DNA of 64,000 nt from Nitrospiria bacterium (lineage in GTDB: Bacteria > Nitrospirota > UBA9217), in assembly GCA_919902495.1 (NCBI GenBank), contig CAKKRC010000018.1, positions 580 through 64,579 of the forward strand, written 5' to 3'. The notes under the pieces are model-generated. The model did no database searches and had not been told where the DNA came from. It was given only the letters and a program-made list of their open reading frames with translations. This document shows, piece after piece, positions 30,704 through 40,681 of this stretch (position 1 is the stretch's first letter; every line of letters begins with the position of its first letter). The position numbers and the translations under genes were made by a program.

Positions 30704-31155
30704 TGCACAACTACCTGTTGTTTCGGATCGCGGAACGGCTCCTCGGCGTCAAACTGCAGGGGGCCATCGAGATCCTGCCCTGGCGCCGTTCGCGCCCTGT
30801 TCCGCTGTCCTATTCGTATATCGAAGGCGTTATGGAATACCGGGGGGCCATCTATCCCGTGTTCCACCTTGCCCAGGTACTGGGTCTTTCCCGGACGGGG
30901 CCCATCGGATTCACCGCACCCGCACCGGGAGGCGACGACCTGCGCAAAGGACAAAGCATCATTCTGCTTGAAGAAGGCGGTAAACCGTTCGGCATAACCG
31001 TGGATAGCGTCGTGAAAATGGCGCGTTTTGAGGACCCGAAGGACCCGCCTTCCGAGATCAAAGGCATCGACATGAAGCTGGTCAAAGGGATCCAGTTCGA
31101 CGACGACCAGGAAATCACACTGCTGAACTTCGAAAGGTTATTCCATGCCGGTTAA
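30700..31155 (+). CDS. CheW-like protein
   Basis: EGVMEYRGAIYPVFHL, GITVDSV. Confidence 0.8.
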   Translation: MMHNYLLFRIAERLLGVKLQGAIEILPWRRSRPVPLSYSYIEGVMEYRGAIYPVFHLAQVLGLSRTGPIGFTAPAPGGDDLRKGQSIILLEEGGKPFGITVDSVVKMARFEDPKDPPSEIKGIDMKLVKGIQFDDDQEITLLNFERLFHAG

Positions 31156-32503
31156 AATACTGCTTGCAGACAAAAGCATCACGATCCAAAAAGTGGTTGA
31201 GATGCTGTTCTCGGGTAAGGAATATGAGGTGGTGTGTGTCAGCGATGGTGACACGGCCCTGGGAGAGGCGTCCCGCATTGTGCCAGATGTCATCTTAGCC
31301 GATGTGGACCTGCCTCGCATCGACGGCTATCGTTTCGCAGGCCGCCTGAAGGAAACCCCTGCCCTCGCAAAGGTACCGGTCATCCTGATGCTTTCCCGTG
31401 ACGACGTGTATGATGCCGGCAAGGGGAAGTTGGCGGGCATCGTGGACAACATCGCCAAGCCGTTCGAGTCCCAGGACCTTATCGGTAAGGTGAAGAAAGC
31501 GCTCACCGGCGCACCGGCCGGCACGCCGCCGTCTCCCGCACCTGCCGCCCATAAGGCGGCACCGGTTCCACCGGCTCCGCCGAAACCTGCTGTTGTGCCG
31601 TCTTCACCTCCGCCGCCCCCGAAACCGAAAACGCCGCAAGCGGTCCCTTCAGACATATTCGATATCATTCAGGAGGCGCCGGCGCAACCCGCGGTTCGCA
31701 CAACCCAGACGCCACCCGCCCCTCTCAAGATGGAGAAGATCGAGGAGGAGACATTCGAGGTCGAGCCGGAGTTCGAGGTCGAACCCGAGGTAGAATCAGA
31801 GCAATCCGCTCCGCCGGAGCAGCCGAAGCCTGCCCCTGCCGTCGCAAAGACACCAGAGGAAGAGGACGCGGAATGGGCACGGTTGGCGGAAGAGACCGAA
31901 GTTGAAGCGAAATCGAAGCCTATGCCCGGACCCACAGAGGCGGTTCCTGATGCATTCGATACGGACCAGTTGTTCGGCCGCGAGCTGCCCCCTGCCGAAG
32001 AGAGCATAGAAAAAACCGAAGCCAGTGAGGTCCCGCCGGCGGGGCCGGTCGAGATGCCTTCGTTCGAGTTCGGGATGCCGCTGTCATCGGAAGAAGAGAA
32101 GGCCCTGCCTGTCGGTCAAAAAGCGATGGACGAAATGCGCGAGGGGCTCGGGCTGGCCGGGGAGGCGAAGGGCGCCGCCGCCAGGCATCCTGATATTGTG
32201 AGCTTTGAATCACTCGACATGGCATCGAGGGCCTCCCATGAAGATTACGCTTATACGCCGCCGGTGACCAAGGCACCGCCGGCTCCGGCAGCACAAATAC
32301 CGTCCGCGCGCGAGCCCGAACAGCCCTTCAGTGCGCTGTCCCGTGCTCCCGGGGTATCCGACGAAATGCTCAAGGGTGTTGCCCGGGAAGCCATCGAGAA
32401 GGCCGTGCGAGAGGTCCTGGAGCGGGTGGCCTGGGATGTCATTCCTGACCTCGCCGAACGTCTGATCAGGGAAGAGATCGAGCGGCTCAAAGCGGAGAAA
32501 TAA
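31145..32503 (+). CDS. RomR-like response regulator (REC, Pro/Glu-rich linker, conserved C-terminal helix)
   Basis: REC LADKSITIQKVVEMLF; C-terminus REVLERVAWDVIPDLAERLIREEIERL resembles the Myxococcus RomR C-terminal motif; directly upstream of valS. Confidence 0.8.
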   Translation: MPVKILLADKSITIQKVVEMLFSGKEYEVVCVSDGDTALGEASRIVPDVILADVDLPRIDGYRFAGRLKETPALAKVPVILMLSRDDVYDAGKGKLAGIVDNIAKPFESQDLIGKVKKALTGAPAGTPPSPAPAAHKAAPVPPAPPKPAVVPSSPPPPPKPKTPQAVPSDIFDIIQEAPAQPAVRTTQTPPAPLKMEKIEEETFEVEPEFEVEPEVESEQSAPPEQPKPAPAVAKTPEEEDAEWARLAEETEVEAKSKPMPGPTEAVPDAFDTDQLFGRELPPAEESIEKTEASEVPPAGPVEMPSFEFGMPLSSEEEKALPVGQKAMDEMREGLGLAGEAKGAAARHPDIVSFESLDMASRASHEDYAYTPPVTKAPPAPAAQIPSAREPEQPFSALSRAPGVSDEMLKGVAREAIEKAVREVLERVAWDVIPDLAERLIREEIERLKAEK

Positions 32504-32510
32504 AGAGAAG

Positions 32511-32638
32511 CGCCAATATTCAAGAACCAAATCCCAAATACATCCCAAATATCAAGAACCAATGTTCAAACCGTTTTGAGTTTGAACATTGTGAATTGGG
32601 TATTATTTGGGATTTGTAATTTGTGATTTGGAATTTCA
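32511..32638. repeat. Inverted heptamer-repeat hairpin (CAAAT/ATTTG-type arms)
   Basis: Perfect core caatgttcaaac (32560-32571)/gtttgaacattg (32580-32591), flanked by degenerate 7-mer tandem repeats. Confidence 0.75.
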
Positions 32639-32793
32639 ATGCAGGGAACACGCTCCCCTCTTTTTATTGTATCACCGGTCTCCGCTGCGGCCCAACCAGC
32701 GAAACAATCACAGCCGGGCCGGTGATCATTCTCTTCTGAAATTCCCATGCCCCTGATCGCGTTCTCATGATGTGCATATGAAGGAGTTGTCGG

Positions 32794-35490
32794 ATGTCCG
32801 TGAATGAGCTTTCAAAATCCTACGAGCCAAAGTCGGTCGAAGAGACCTGGTACGCTTTCTGGCTTCAGAAGAAGTATTTTCATGCCGATGAGAACTCGCG
32901 CGCCCCGCATTATTCCATCGTGATCCCGCCGCCCAATGTTACCGGACAGCTCCACATCGGCCATGCGCTGAACTCCACGCTCCAGGACATCCTCGCTCGG
33001 TGGATGCGCATGTCCGGCAGGAATACGCTCTGGGTCCCCGGTACGGACCACGCGGGTATTGCGACGCAGAACGTAGTGGAGCGCATGCTTGCCAGGGAGA
33101 ACATCGATCGTCACGCCATGGGACGGGAGGCGTTCATTGAAAAGGTCTGGGAGTGGAAGAAGGAATACGGGGGGCGGATCATCGGCCAGCTCAAGCGGCT
33201 TGGTGCCTCGTGCGACTGGGACCGCGAGCGGTTCACCATGGATGAAGGTCTTTCGAAGGCCGTCCGGGAGGTCTTTGTCCGGCTCCACGAGGAAGGGCTC
33301 ATCTACCGCGGCGAGCGGCTCATCAACTGGTGCCCCCGCTGCCACACGGCGCTTTCCGACATAGAAGTGGAGCATGAGGACGAAAAGGGCAAGCTCTACC
33401 ATATTTCCTATCCCCTGAGCAACGACCATTCGATACGCCTCACCGTAGCCACAACGCGGCCCGAGACCATGCTGGGAGATACGGCGGTGGCTGTGCATCC
33501 GCTGGATCCCCGCTATAAGGCACTGATCGGCAAGACCGTCGACCTTCCGCTCACGAACAGAAAGATCCCCATTGTGGGCGATTCCATCCTCGTTGACCTC
33601 GAGTTCGGCACCGGCGCCGTGAAGGTCACCCCTGCCCACGACTTCAACGACTATGAAGCGGGCTTGCGACAGGACCCCGAGCTCCTTCGGATAAAAATGC
33701 TGAACGACAAGGCCGAGATCCTGACCGACATCCCGGACGTGCTTCCCGAGGTGCTCCGCCAGATAGCGGGGAAGCCCGCCAAAAAGGCGCGGGGCATGGT
33801 CGTGGAACTGCTCAAGGAGCAGGGGTACCTGGGCAAGACGGATGATCACAGCCATTCCATCGGCAAATGCTATCGTTGCAGGACCGTTGTGGAGCCGTAT
33901 CTGTCTCCCCAGTGGTTCGTCAAGACGAAGCCCCTGGCGGAACCCGCGATCAAGGCCGTCGAGGACGGCACGATCACCTTCTATCCCAAAGGCTGGGAGA
34001 ACACCTACTTTGACTGGATGCGGAACATCAAGGACTGGTGCATCTCGCGCCAGATCTGGTGGGGCCACCGCATACCGGCATGGTACTGCGATCAGTGCGA
34101 CGTCATTACCGTCAGCCGGACCGACGCCGTCTCGTGCTCGGCGTGCGGGAGCACAAACATCCGGCAGGAGACCGATGTGCTCGATACGTGGTTCTCGTCC
34201 GCGCTCTGGCCCTTTTCCACGCTCGGCTGGCCGGAGAGGACAAAGGACCTCGCGACCTACTATCCCACGTCCGTGCTCGTTACGAGCTTTGACATCATCT
34301 TTTTCTGGGTGGCGCGCATGATCATGATGGGTCTCCACTTCATGAAGGAGGCCCCGTTCAAGGACGTCTATATCCACGCGCTGGTCCGCGACGCCGAAGG
34401 TCAGAAGATGAGCAAGTCCAAGGGGAACGTCATCGACCCTCTGGAGATGACCGAACAGTTCGGCACCGACGCGTTCCGGTTCACGTTGACGGCCTTTGCC
34501 GCCCAGGGCCGCGACATCAAGATGTCCGCGGAGCGTATCGAGGGCTATCGGAACTTCGCGAACAAGATCTGGAACGCAAGCCGGTTCGTGATGATGAACC
34601 TCGAAGAAGTGTTCGTCCCGAACAGCGATATCGTGGTGAAGGAGTCGTCGCTGGCGGACCGCTGGATCGCATCGCGCCTGAACTCGGTCATCCAGGAGGT
34701 CCAGGCAGCTCTGCAGGAATACCGTTTCAACGACGCGGCGTCGACGCTCTACCAGTTCATCTGGCACGAGTACTGCGATTGGTACGTCGAACTTTCCAAA
34801 CCGGCGTTGAAGGATGAACATCCGGGCAGGAAAAAGGCTGCGCAGACAACGCTCGTCATGACGCTGGAAACGTCATTACGCCTGCTCCATCCGATCATGC
34901 CTTTTATTACAGAAGAGATCTGGCAGAAGCTTCCCCGCGAGATCAAAGGGCCGGAAGAATCGATCATGGTATCATCCTTCCCAACATCGGACGGCACGTA
35001 TATCGACGAGCCAGTTGAGCGGTCGATGCGGTTGCCTATGGATGCGATCCTTTCCATAAGGAACATCCGTGGCGAGATGAATATATCGCCTCGCGAGAAG
35101 GTCAGGGCGGACATCCGAGCCGAGAACGAGGATGTCGTTAAGAACTTCGAACAAACAGCCGGATATGTGACGTCATTATCCGGATTGTCGCACCTGGCGA
35201 TCGCCCTCGACACCGCAAAGCCGGAGGGATCGGCTACCGGTACGATCCGCGGCGCAGAGATCTATGTCACTTCGGACCAGACCATTGATAAAGGCGCCGA
35301 GCGCGATCGGCTGATGAAAGAGATAGCAAAGACGTCCAAGGATGTTGAAATGTTCTCCAGAAAACTGTCGAACAAGAGCTTCGTGGATAAGGCGCCGAAA
35401 GCCGTTGTTGAGAAGGACTCTGCGCGGCTCGAGGAGCTGAAGGCAATGCGCGAGAAGCTGGAGCAGAGCCTCGCGACGCTGGGTACGTGA
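32794..35490 (+). CDS. valS: Valine--tRNA ligase
   Basis: PPPNVTGQLHIGH, TTRPETMLGD, DWCISRQIWWGH, KMSKSKGN, C-terminal coiled coil. Confidence 0.98.
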   Translation: MSVNELSKSYEPKSVEETWYAFWLQKKYFHADENSRAPHYSIVIPPPNVTGQLHIGHALNSTLQDILARWMRMSGRNTLWVPGTDHAGIATQNVVERMLARENIDRHAMGREAFIEKVWEWKKEYGGRIIGQLKRLGASCDWDRERFTMDEGLSKAVREVFVRLHEEGLIYRGERLINWCPRCHTALSDIEVEHEDEKGKLYHISYPLSNDHSIRLTVATTRPETMLGDTAVAVHPLDPRYKALIGKTVDLPLTNRKIPIVGDSILVDLEFGTGAVKVTPAHDFNDYEAGLRQDPELLRIKMLNDKAEILTDIPDVLPEVLRQIAGKPAKKARGMVVELLKEQGYLGKTDDHSHSIGKCYRCRTVVEPYLSPQWFVKTKPLAEPAIKAVEDGTITFYPKGWENTYFDWMRNIKDWCISRQIWWGHRIPAWYCDQCDVITVSRTDAVSCSACGSTNIRQETDVLDTWFSSALWPFSTLGWPERTKDLATYYPTSVLVTSFDIIFFWVARMIMMGLHFMKEAPFKDVYIHALVRDAEGQKMSKSKGNVIDPLEMTEQFGTDAFRFTLTAFAAQGRDIKMSAERIEGYRNFANKIWNASRFVMMNLEEVFVPNSDIVVKESSLADRWIASRLNSVIQEVQAALQEYRFNDAASTLYQFIWHEYCDWYVELSKPALKDEHPGRKKAAQTTLVMTLETSLRLLHPIMPFITEEIWQKLPREIKGPEESIMVSSFPTSDGTYIDEPVERSMRLPMDAILSIRNIRGEMNISPREKVRADIRAENEDVVKNFEQTAGYVTSLSGLSHLAIALDTAKPEGSATGTIRGAEIYVTSDQTIDKGAERDRLMKEIAKTSKDVEMFSRKLSNKSFVDKAPKAVVEKDSARLEELKAMREKLEQSLATLGT

Positions 35491-35557
35491 TCCGCCTGCG
35501 GTATGACGCCGACTGCAGGCATTCAGTCAAAAATCACCCTGTGAGGAATGAGCGAGG

Positions 35558-36385
35558 ATGGAACATCTCATAGAAAAATTGATCGAAGAGGCGCTTTTTG
35601 AGGATATCGGTCCTGGAGATATCACGTCGGAAGCGGTGATCCCGGATGAGGTCTCGTCAACGGCGGAGATCATCGCTAAGCAGGACCTGGTCCTTGCCGG
35701 CGTGCTGATCGCACGAGAAGTGTTCCGCAAGCTCGATCCGTGGGTCCAGTTCACGCCGCTCGCCCACGACGGCAGCCGGGTGCAGTCCGGCTCCATCATC
35801 GCGCAGGTCCAGGGCAGGACCCGCATGCTCCTTGCCGGTGAGCGCGTAGCGCTGAACCTGATGCAGCACCTTTCGGGCATCGCCACCCTGACCTCCAGAT
35901 TCGTTGATGCCCTCAAGGGATCCCGCGCCGAGATCCTGGACACCCGCAAGACACTGCCGGGACTGCGGGCGCTCGAAAAATACGCGGTACGCATGGGCGG
36001 CGGCCGTAACCATCGTTTCGGTCTGTACGACGGGATCCTGATCAAGGACAATCACATCAAAGCGGCCGGCGGTATCATCAAGGCCATGGCCGGCATCCGG
36101 AAAAAGGTCCATCCGCTGCTCAAGATCGAGGTAGAGGTGAAGACGCTGGACGAGGTGCGAGAGGCGATGGCCGCCGGCGCAACGATGATCCTGCTCGACA
36201 ATATGCAGCCGGCACTCATGAAACAGGCCGTCGGCATCGTCGGCGAGCGCGTTCTGGTTGAGGCCTCGGGCAACGTGACCCTCGACAACGTCAAGGCGAT
36301 CGCAGAGACCGGCGTTGACTTCATTTCCTCGGGGAGCCTGACGCATTCTGCCCCCGCCGCTGACATCAGCATGAAAATAAAATAA
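35558..36385 (+). CDS. nadC: Nicotinate-nucleotide pyrophosphorylase (carboxylating)
   Basis: EDIGPGDIT, DTRKTLPG, HRFGLYDGILIKDNH, LLDNM, EASG. Confidence 0.96.
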   Translation: MEHLIEKLIEEALFEDIGPGDITSEAVIPDEVSSTAEIIAKQDLVLAGVLIAREVFRKLDPWVQFTPLAHDGSRVQSGSIIAQVQGRTRMLLAGERVALNLMQHLSGIATLTSRFVDALKGSRAEILDTRKTLPGLRALEKYAVRMGGGRNHRFGLYDGILIKDNHIKAAGGIIKAMAGIRKKVHPLLKIEVEVKTLDEVREAMAAGATMILLDNMQPALMKQAVGIVGERVLVEASGNVTLDNVKAIAETGVDFISSGSLTHSAPAADISMKIK

Positions 36386-36584
36386 ATCCAGGAGCGAGCG
36401 CAATCCCCGTAACCCATTGCGGGGATTGCGAGCGATTAGAATATATATTATTTCTTGAGGATCGAAGACTCCCTGTCCCGCCACGGCGGGACTGTAGGGA
36501 TCTTCAATGGTCGTGGGGCAGGGGACCGGGGTCCGGGAAGTCATCACCCCGCTGTCGCATCCTGAGCCCTTTCTGTCGAGAAAC

Positions 36585-37562
36585 ATGAAAAAGTTCGATG
36601 TGTTGACGCACCTGCGGTCCTCCCGTTCCGGCCACGTGTCGGGGGCCGCGCTTGCCGCTGCTATGGGCGTGTCCCGAACAGCCGTGTGGAAGCATATCAA
36701 GACGCTGGAGCGCGAAGGATACGCGATCGAGGCCGTACCGTCAAAAGGGTACCGTCTCACCGCGTCCCCTGATGTTATCGTCGCCGGCGAGGTGATGCAG
36801 GGGCTGGGAACGAGGACCATCGGCAAAGAGGTCCTGCATTTTGCGGAGGTTGCGTCGACCAACACCGTTGCCATGGACCTCGCCCAGAAAGGCGCCGTAG
36901 ACGGCACCGTGGTGATCGCCGAGACCCAGACCGGCGGCAAGGGAAGGCTGGGCAGGTCCTGGTCATCGCCAGCCGGCAACCTGTACGTGAGCGTGATCCT
37001 CCGGCCGTCCGTGCCGATCTCCAAAGCCCCGCTCATCACGCTCGTGGGAGCCGTCGCTGTCGCCTCCGGCCTCAGGAGGCAATGCGGGGTCCCGGCCGGG
37101 ATCAAGTGGCCGAACGATATCCTTCTGTCCGGAAAAAAGGTGTCCGGTCTTCTCACCGAGATGAGCGCGGAGCCTGACCGGATCAGACATATCGTGCTCG
37201 GGATCGGCGTGAACGTGAACATGGACGGCAGGGCGCTTCCGCCCGATATCCGGAGGATGGCCACGACGCTTGCTGCCGCGACGGGAAAACCGATGGACAG
37301 GACCGCCCTCTTGAGGACCCTGCTGGTCGAGCTCGATCTCTGGTATCACCGCTTTCTTACGGGTGACACAGAGGTTGTTGCCGCGTGGAAAGAGTTGAAC
37401 GTGACGCTGGGGCATCGCGTGGCGGTGGACGGGGGCAGTGTAAAGCTGGAAGGGCTTGCCCGTGGCGTGGATGCTGAAGGCAGGCTTATTCTCAAATTGG
37501 ACGACGGAACGCTCCGGCAGGTCGCGGCCGGGGACGTGACGATCATGAAAGGAAAAACCTGA
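36585..37562 (+). CDS. birA: Bifunctional biotin ligase / repressor
   Basis: wHTH VSRTAVWKHI, QTGGKGRLGRSW, IKWPND, KVSGLLTE, GIGVN. Confidence 0.95.
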   Translation: MKKFDVLTHLRSSRSGHVSGAALAAAMGVSRTAVWKHIKTLEREGYAIEAVPSKGYRLTASPDVIVAGEVMQGLGTRTIGKEVLHFAEVASTNTVAMDLAQKGAVDGTVVIAETQTGGKGRLGRSWSSPAGNLYVSVILRPSVPISKAPLITLVGAVAVASGLRRQCGVPAGIKWPNDILLSGKKVSGLLTEMSAEPDRIRHIVLGIGVNVNMDGRALPPDIRRMATTLAAATGKPMDRTALLRTLLVELDLWYHRFLTGDTEVVAAWKELNVTLGHRVAVDGGSVKLEGLARGVDAEGRLILKLDDGTLRQVAAGDVTIMKGKT

Positions 37563-37696
37563 CGCGGGGCCAAAAGTAGACGCTTCTAAGCGACGCGGCG
37601 ACACGGAGACGCGGGGAAAGGGCGGTAGAATCGGTCTTTCTTCGCAGGGTCTCCTTGTCCCCCTGTCACCGTGTCGGACTCTTTTTCGGAGGGCAT

Positions 37697-38461
37697 ATGC
37701 TTCTTGCCATCGACATCGGCAATACCAATGTGGTGCTCGGCGTGTTCGAGGGAGAACGCCTGCGCGAGAGCTGGCGCATCGGTACCAAGGCATCGATCAC
37801 CGCCGATGAATACGCCGTGATCATGAAGGACCTCTTTGCCTTTTCGGGCATCGACTTCAAACAGATCGACGGGATCATCATCTCCACGGTCGTTCCGCCG
37901 CTGCTCTCGATCATGGCCGAGATGTCCCGCAAGTACTTCAAGATCGAGCCCCTGGTCGTGACCAGCGAGCTCAAGACGGGGATCACGCTGAGCTATGAAA
38001 ATCCCCGCGAGATCGGCGCCGACCGCATCGTGAACGCCGCTGCCGCATTCAGGCTCTACGGAGGGCCGCTCATCATCATCGACTTCGGAACGGCAACAAC
38101 CTTCTGCGCGGTCACCGCAAAGGGCGAGTACCTGGGCGGCGCTATCACGCCGGGCGTGAAGATCTCGGCCGAGGCCCTGTACCAGCGCGCGGCGAAACTG
38201 CCCCGGGTCGAGCTTACGCGGCCGCGGACGATCATCGGCCGGGACACGGTCAGCGCCATGCAGGCAGGCATTCTCTTCGGGTACGCCGGCCTCGTTGACG
38301 GGATCGTAGAACGGATGAAGAAGGAGCTTTCCCCCGACGCCAGGGTGATCGCCACGGGCGGGCTTGCCGAGCTCGTTGCCCCCGAGACCAGAAGCGCGAT
38401 CGAGGTCAGGCCGAACCTGACGCTCGAAGGCCTTCGGCTGATCTATGATGCAAACCGTTGA
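37697..38461 (+). CDS. coaX: Type III pantothenate kinase
   Basis: MLLAIDIGNTN, IGADRIVN, DFGTATT, GGAITPG. Confidence 0.96.
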   Translation: MLLAIDIGNTNVVLGVFEGERLRESWRIGTKASITADEYAVIMKDLFAFSGIDFKQIDGIIISTVVPPLLSIMAEMSRKYFKIEPLVVTSELKTGITLSYENPREIGADRIVNAAAAFRLYGGPLIIIDFGTATTFCAVTAKGEYLGGAITPGVKISAEALYQRAAKLPRVELTRPRTIIGRDTVSAMQAGILFGYAGLVDGIVERMKKELSPDARVIATGGLAELVAPETRSAIEVRPNLTLEGLRLIYDANR

Positions 38462-38592
38462 TATTTAAATGGAATAAGCTGCTGCCAGACTATCGGCCGG
38501 ATCGCAATACCGAAAAACAGATGGGTCTCTACCTTGACGATTCAGGGTTTTTATGATATCTATTGCATTATCATTGCTTTGCGGGAGAATTG

Positions 38593-38970
38593 ATGAAAAT
38601 CCTTGTCGTTGACGATGAAGAGGGCGCGCGGGAGCTCTTTAATACCATATTGACCGATGAAGGCTACGAGGTCACCCTCGCCGTAAACGGGGAGGACGGC
38701 ATCTCGCAGTTCAAGAAGGCGCTGTTCGACCTTGTGGTCACGGACATCAAGATGCCGGGTATGGACGGCCTCCAGTTGCTGCAGGAGATCCGGAAGACGG
38801 GTTCCAAGGCAGACGTGATCATGGTGACCGCCTACGGCGAAGTTGAATCCTACCTCAAGGCCATGAGCCTTGGAGCCGCCGAATATATCAACAAGCCCAT
38901 CCGGATCAAGGAACTCAAACGGATCGTCCACAAGGTCCTCTCCGAGCGGAAGGCAAGACCGGGAGTCTGA
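38593..38970 (+). CDS. Single-domain response regulator
   Basis: ILVVDDE, TDIKMPGMDG, TAYG, NKP. Confidence 0.92.
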   Translation: MKILVVDDEEGARELFNTILTDEGYEVTLAVNGEDGISQFKKALFDLVVTDIKMPGMDGLQLLQEIRKTGSKADVIMVTAYGEVESYLKAMSLGAAEYINKPIRIKELKRIVHKVLSERKARPGV

Positions 38971-39995
38971 TGTCACGACTGCGCAAGGACCCCATCGTCG
39001 GCCGCTGGATCATTATCTCCACCGAACGGCCCAAACAACCCCAAGACTACCATACCGAAGAACCCGAAGACGATGTGGCGCCGGCGGAATGCCCGTTCTG
39101 TGCCGGTAACGAGTCCAAGACCCCTCCCGAGATAGCATCCTTCCGCGCCGAGAAGACCCTCCCGAACAAAGAGGGGTGGTGGGTCCGCGTCATCCCCAGC
39201 AAGTTTCCCGTTCTCCATGTCGAAGGCAGCCTGGAGCGCGAGGGCAGCGGCATCTATGACTGGATGAACGGGATCGGCGCTCATGAGATCATCATCGAGA
39301 CCCCGGAGCATGCCCTGCGCCTCGAAGAACTGCCGGAAAGCCAGGTGGAGAAGATCTTGTGGTCCTACCGCGACCGGATCCTTGACCTTGAGCGCGACGA
39401 CCGGCTGCGGTACGTGCTGATCCTCAAGAACCAGGGCTGGTCCGCGGGATCGGCCCTGAACCACACCCACTCCCAGATCATCGCCACCCCTGTCATCCCC
39501 AAGCTCGTTAAAGAAAAACTGGACGGCGCCAAGTCCTATTATGACTACAAGGAGCGCTGCATCTTCTGCGACATGATCCGGCAGGAACTTGCGGACGCCG
39601 CCCGGGTTGTTGAGGAGACCCGGCATTTCATCGTGTTCACTCCCTTCGCGCCACGGTTCCCCTTCGAGGTCTGGATCTACCCAAAAAAACATTCCTGCGC
39701 CTATGCCGACATCTCCAAGGAAGAGATGATGGATCTTTCCCGCTCGCTCCGGAATACGCTCCAGCGGCTCGGAAAGACCCTGGACAACGCCCCCTATAAC
39801 TACATCCTGTACACCGCGCCGAACCGCGTTCCACGCCACGGCCACTGGCACACCCTGAACGATGATTTTCACTGGCATCTGGAGATCATGCCGCGCCTCA
39901 CCCGGGTAGCGGGCTTCGAATGGGGATCGGGTTTCTATATCAATCCGACGCCGCCGGAAGACGCGGCGAAGCACCTCAGGGACGTGAAGCTCTGA
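38970..39995 (+). CDS. galT: Galactose-1-phosphate uridylyltransferase-like (GalT/ADP-glucose phosphorylase family)
   Basis: LRKDP..GRWIII, CPFC, HEIIIETPEH, HTHSQI, CIFC, HWHLEI, AGFEWGSG. Confidence 0.85.
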   Translation: MSRLRKDPIVGRWIIISTERPKQPQDYHTEEPEDDVAPAECPFCAGNESKTPPEIASFRAEKTLPNKEGWWVRVIPSKFPVLHVEGSLEREGSGIYDWMNGIGAHEIIIETPEHALRLEELPESQVEKILWSYRDRILDLERDDRLRYVLILKNQGWSAGSALNHTHSQIIATPVIPKLVKEKLDGAKSYYDYKERCIFCDMIRQELADAARVVEETRHFIVFTPFAPRFPFEVWIYPKKHSCAYADISKEEMMDLSRSLRNTLQRLGKTLDNAPYNYILYTAPNRVPRHGHWHTLNDDFHWHLEIMPRLTRVAGFEWGSGFYINPTPPEDAAKHLRDVKL

Positions 39996-40058
39996 TCCGC
40001 CTCGCTGCGACCTCTCCGTCCTGACGCGACCCGAGCTCCAATTGATAAGGAGGAAAAC

Positions 40059-40673
40059 ATGAACACGTTGTTCTGGGCTCTTGCGGTGTGTATGACCTTG
40101 GAAGGTACGGCGATTGCGCAGGACAAGATGATCATTACGACGAAGGACGGCAAGATACAGTCCTTTGATACCAATGCCATCCAAAAAATCGAGTTTCAAT
40201 CCGGTCTGCCCTCCGGGGCCGCGATTGCACCATCCCTTCCTGCGCAGACGCGGACCGCTGTGCTGCAATCCTACAATTATCCGACGCACTTTATACGTCA
40301 TGCCAATTTTTCCGGAGAGATCTCGCCGCTCGTGAACGATCTTGACCGGAGGGACGGCACATTCCGGATCGTACCGGGCCTGGCGGACAGCAGGTATGTG
40401 TCCTTCGAATCAACGAACTATCCCGGGTATTATCTGCGGCACCAGAACTTCCGCGTGCAGCTGCACAAGCCGGATGGATCACAGCTCTTTCGGGAGGACG
40501 CTACGTTCAAGATGAAGCCGGGACTGGCTGACGCTTCGTGGTCGTCCTTCGAATCGGCCAATTATGCGGGACACTATCTTCGTCACAGGAACTTCCACCT
40601 GTATATTGAGCAGGGAGCGGATGACCTATTTCGCAAGGACGCGACCTTCAAGCTTGTCGCTCCGCCCTGGTAG
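40059..40673 (+). CDS. Secreted protein with AbfB (CBM42 beta-trefoil) domain
   Basis: Signal peptide; repeated S.NYP..Y/FLRH and DATF motifs. Confidence 0.8.
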   Translation: MNTLFWALAVCMTLEGTAIAQDKMIITTKDGKIQSFDTNAIQKIEFQSGLPSGAAIAPSLPAQTRTAVLQSYNYPTHFIRHANFSGEISPLVNDLDRRDGTFRIVPGLADSRYVSFESTNYPGYYLRHQNFRVQLHKPDGSQLFREDATFKMKPGLADASWSSFESANYAGHYLRHRNFHLYIEQGADDLFRKDATFKLVAPPW

Positions 40674-40681
40674 GCGTTGGC

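Noticed and set aside
32640-32793. T-box riboswitch upstream of valS
   Set aside because: No AAGGTGGTACC-like T-box motif or terminator/antiterminator pair is visible.
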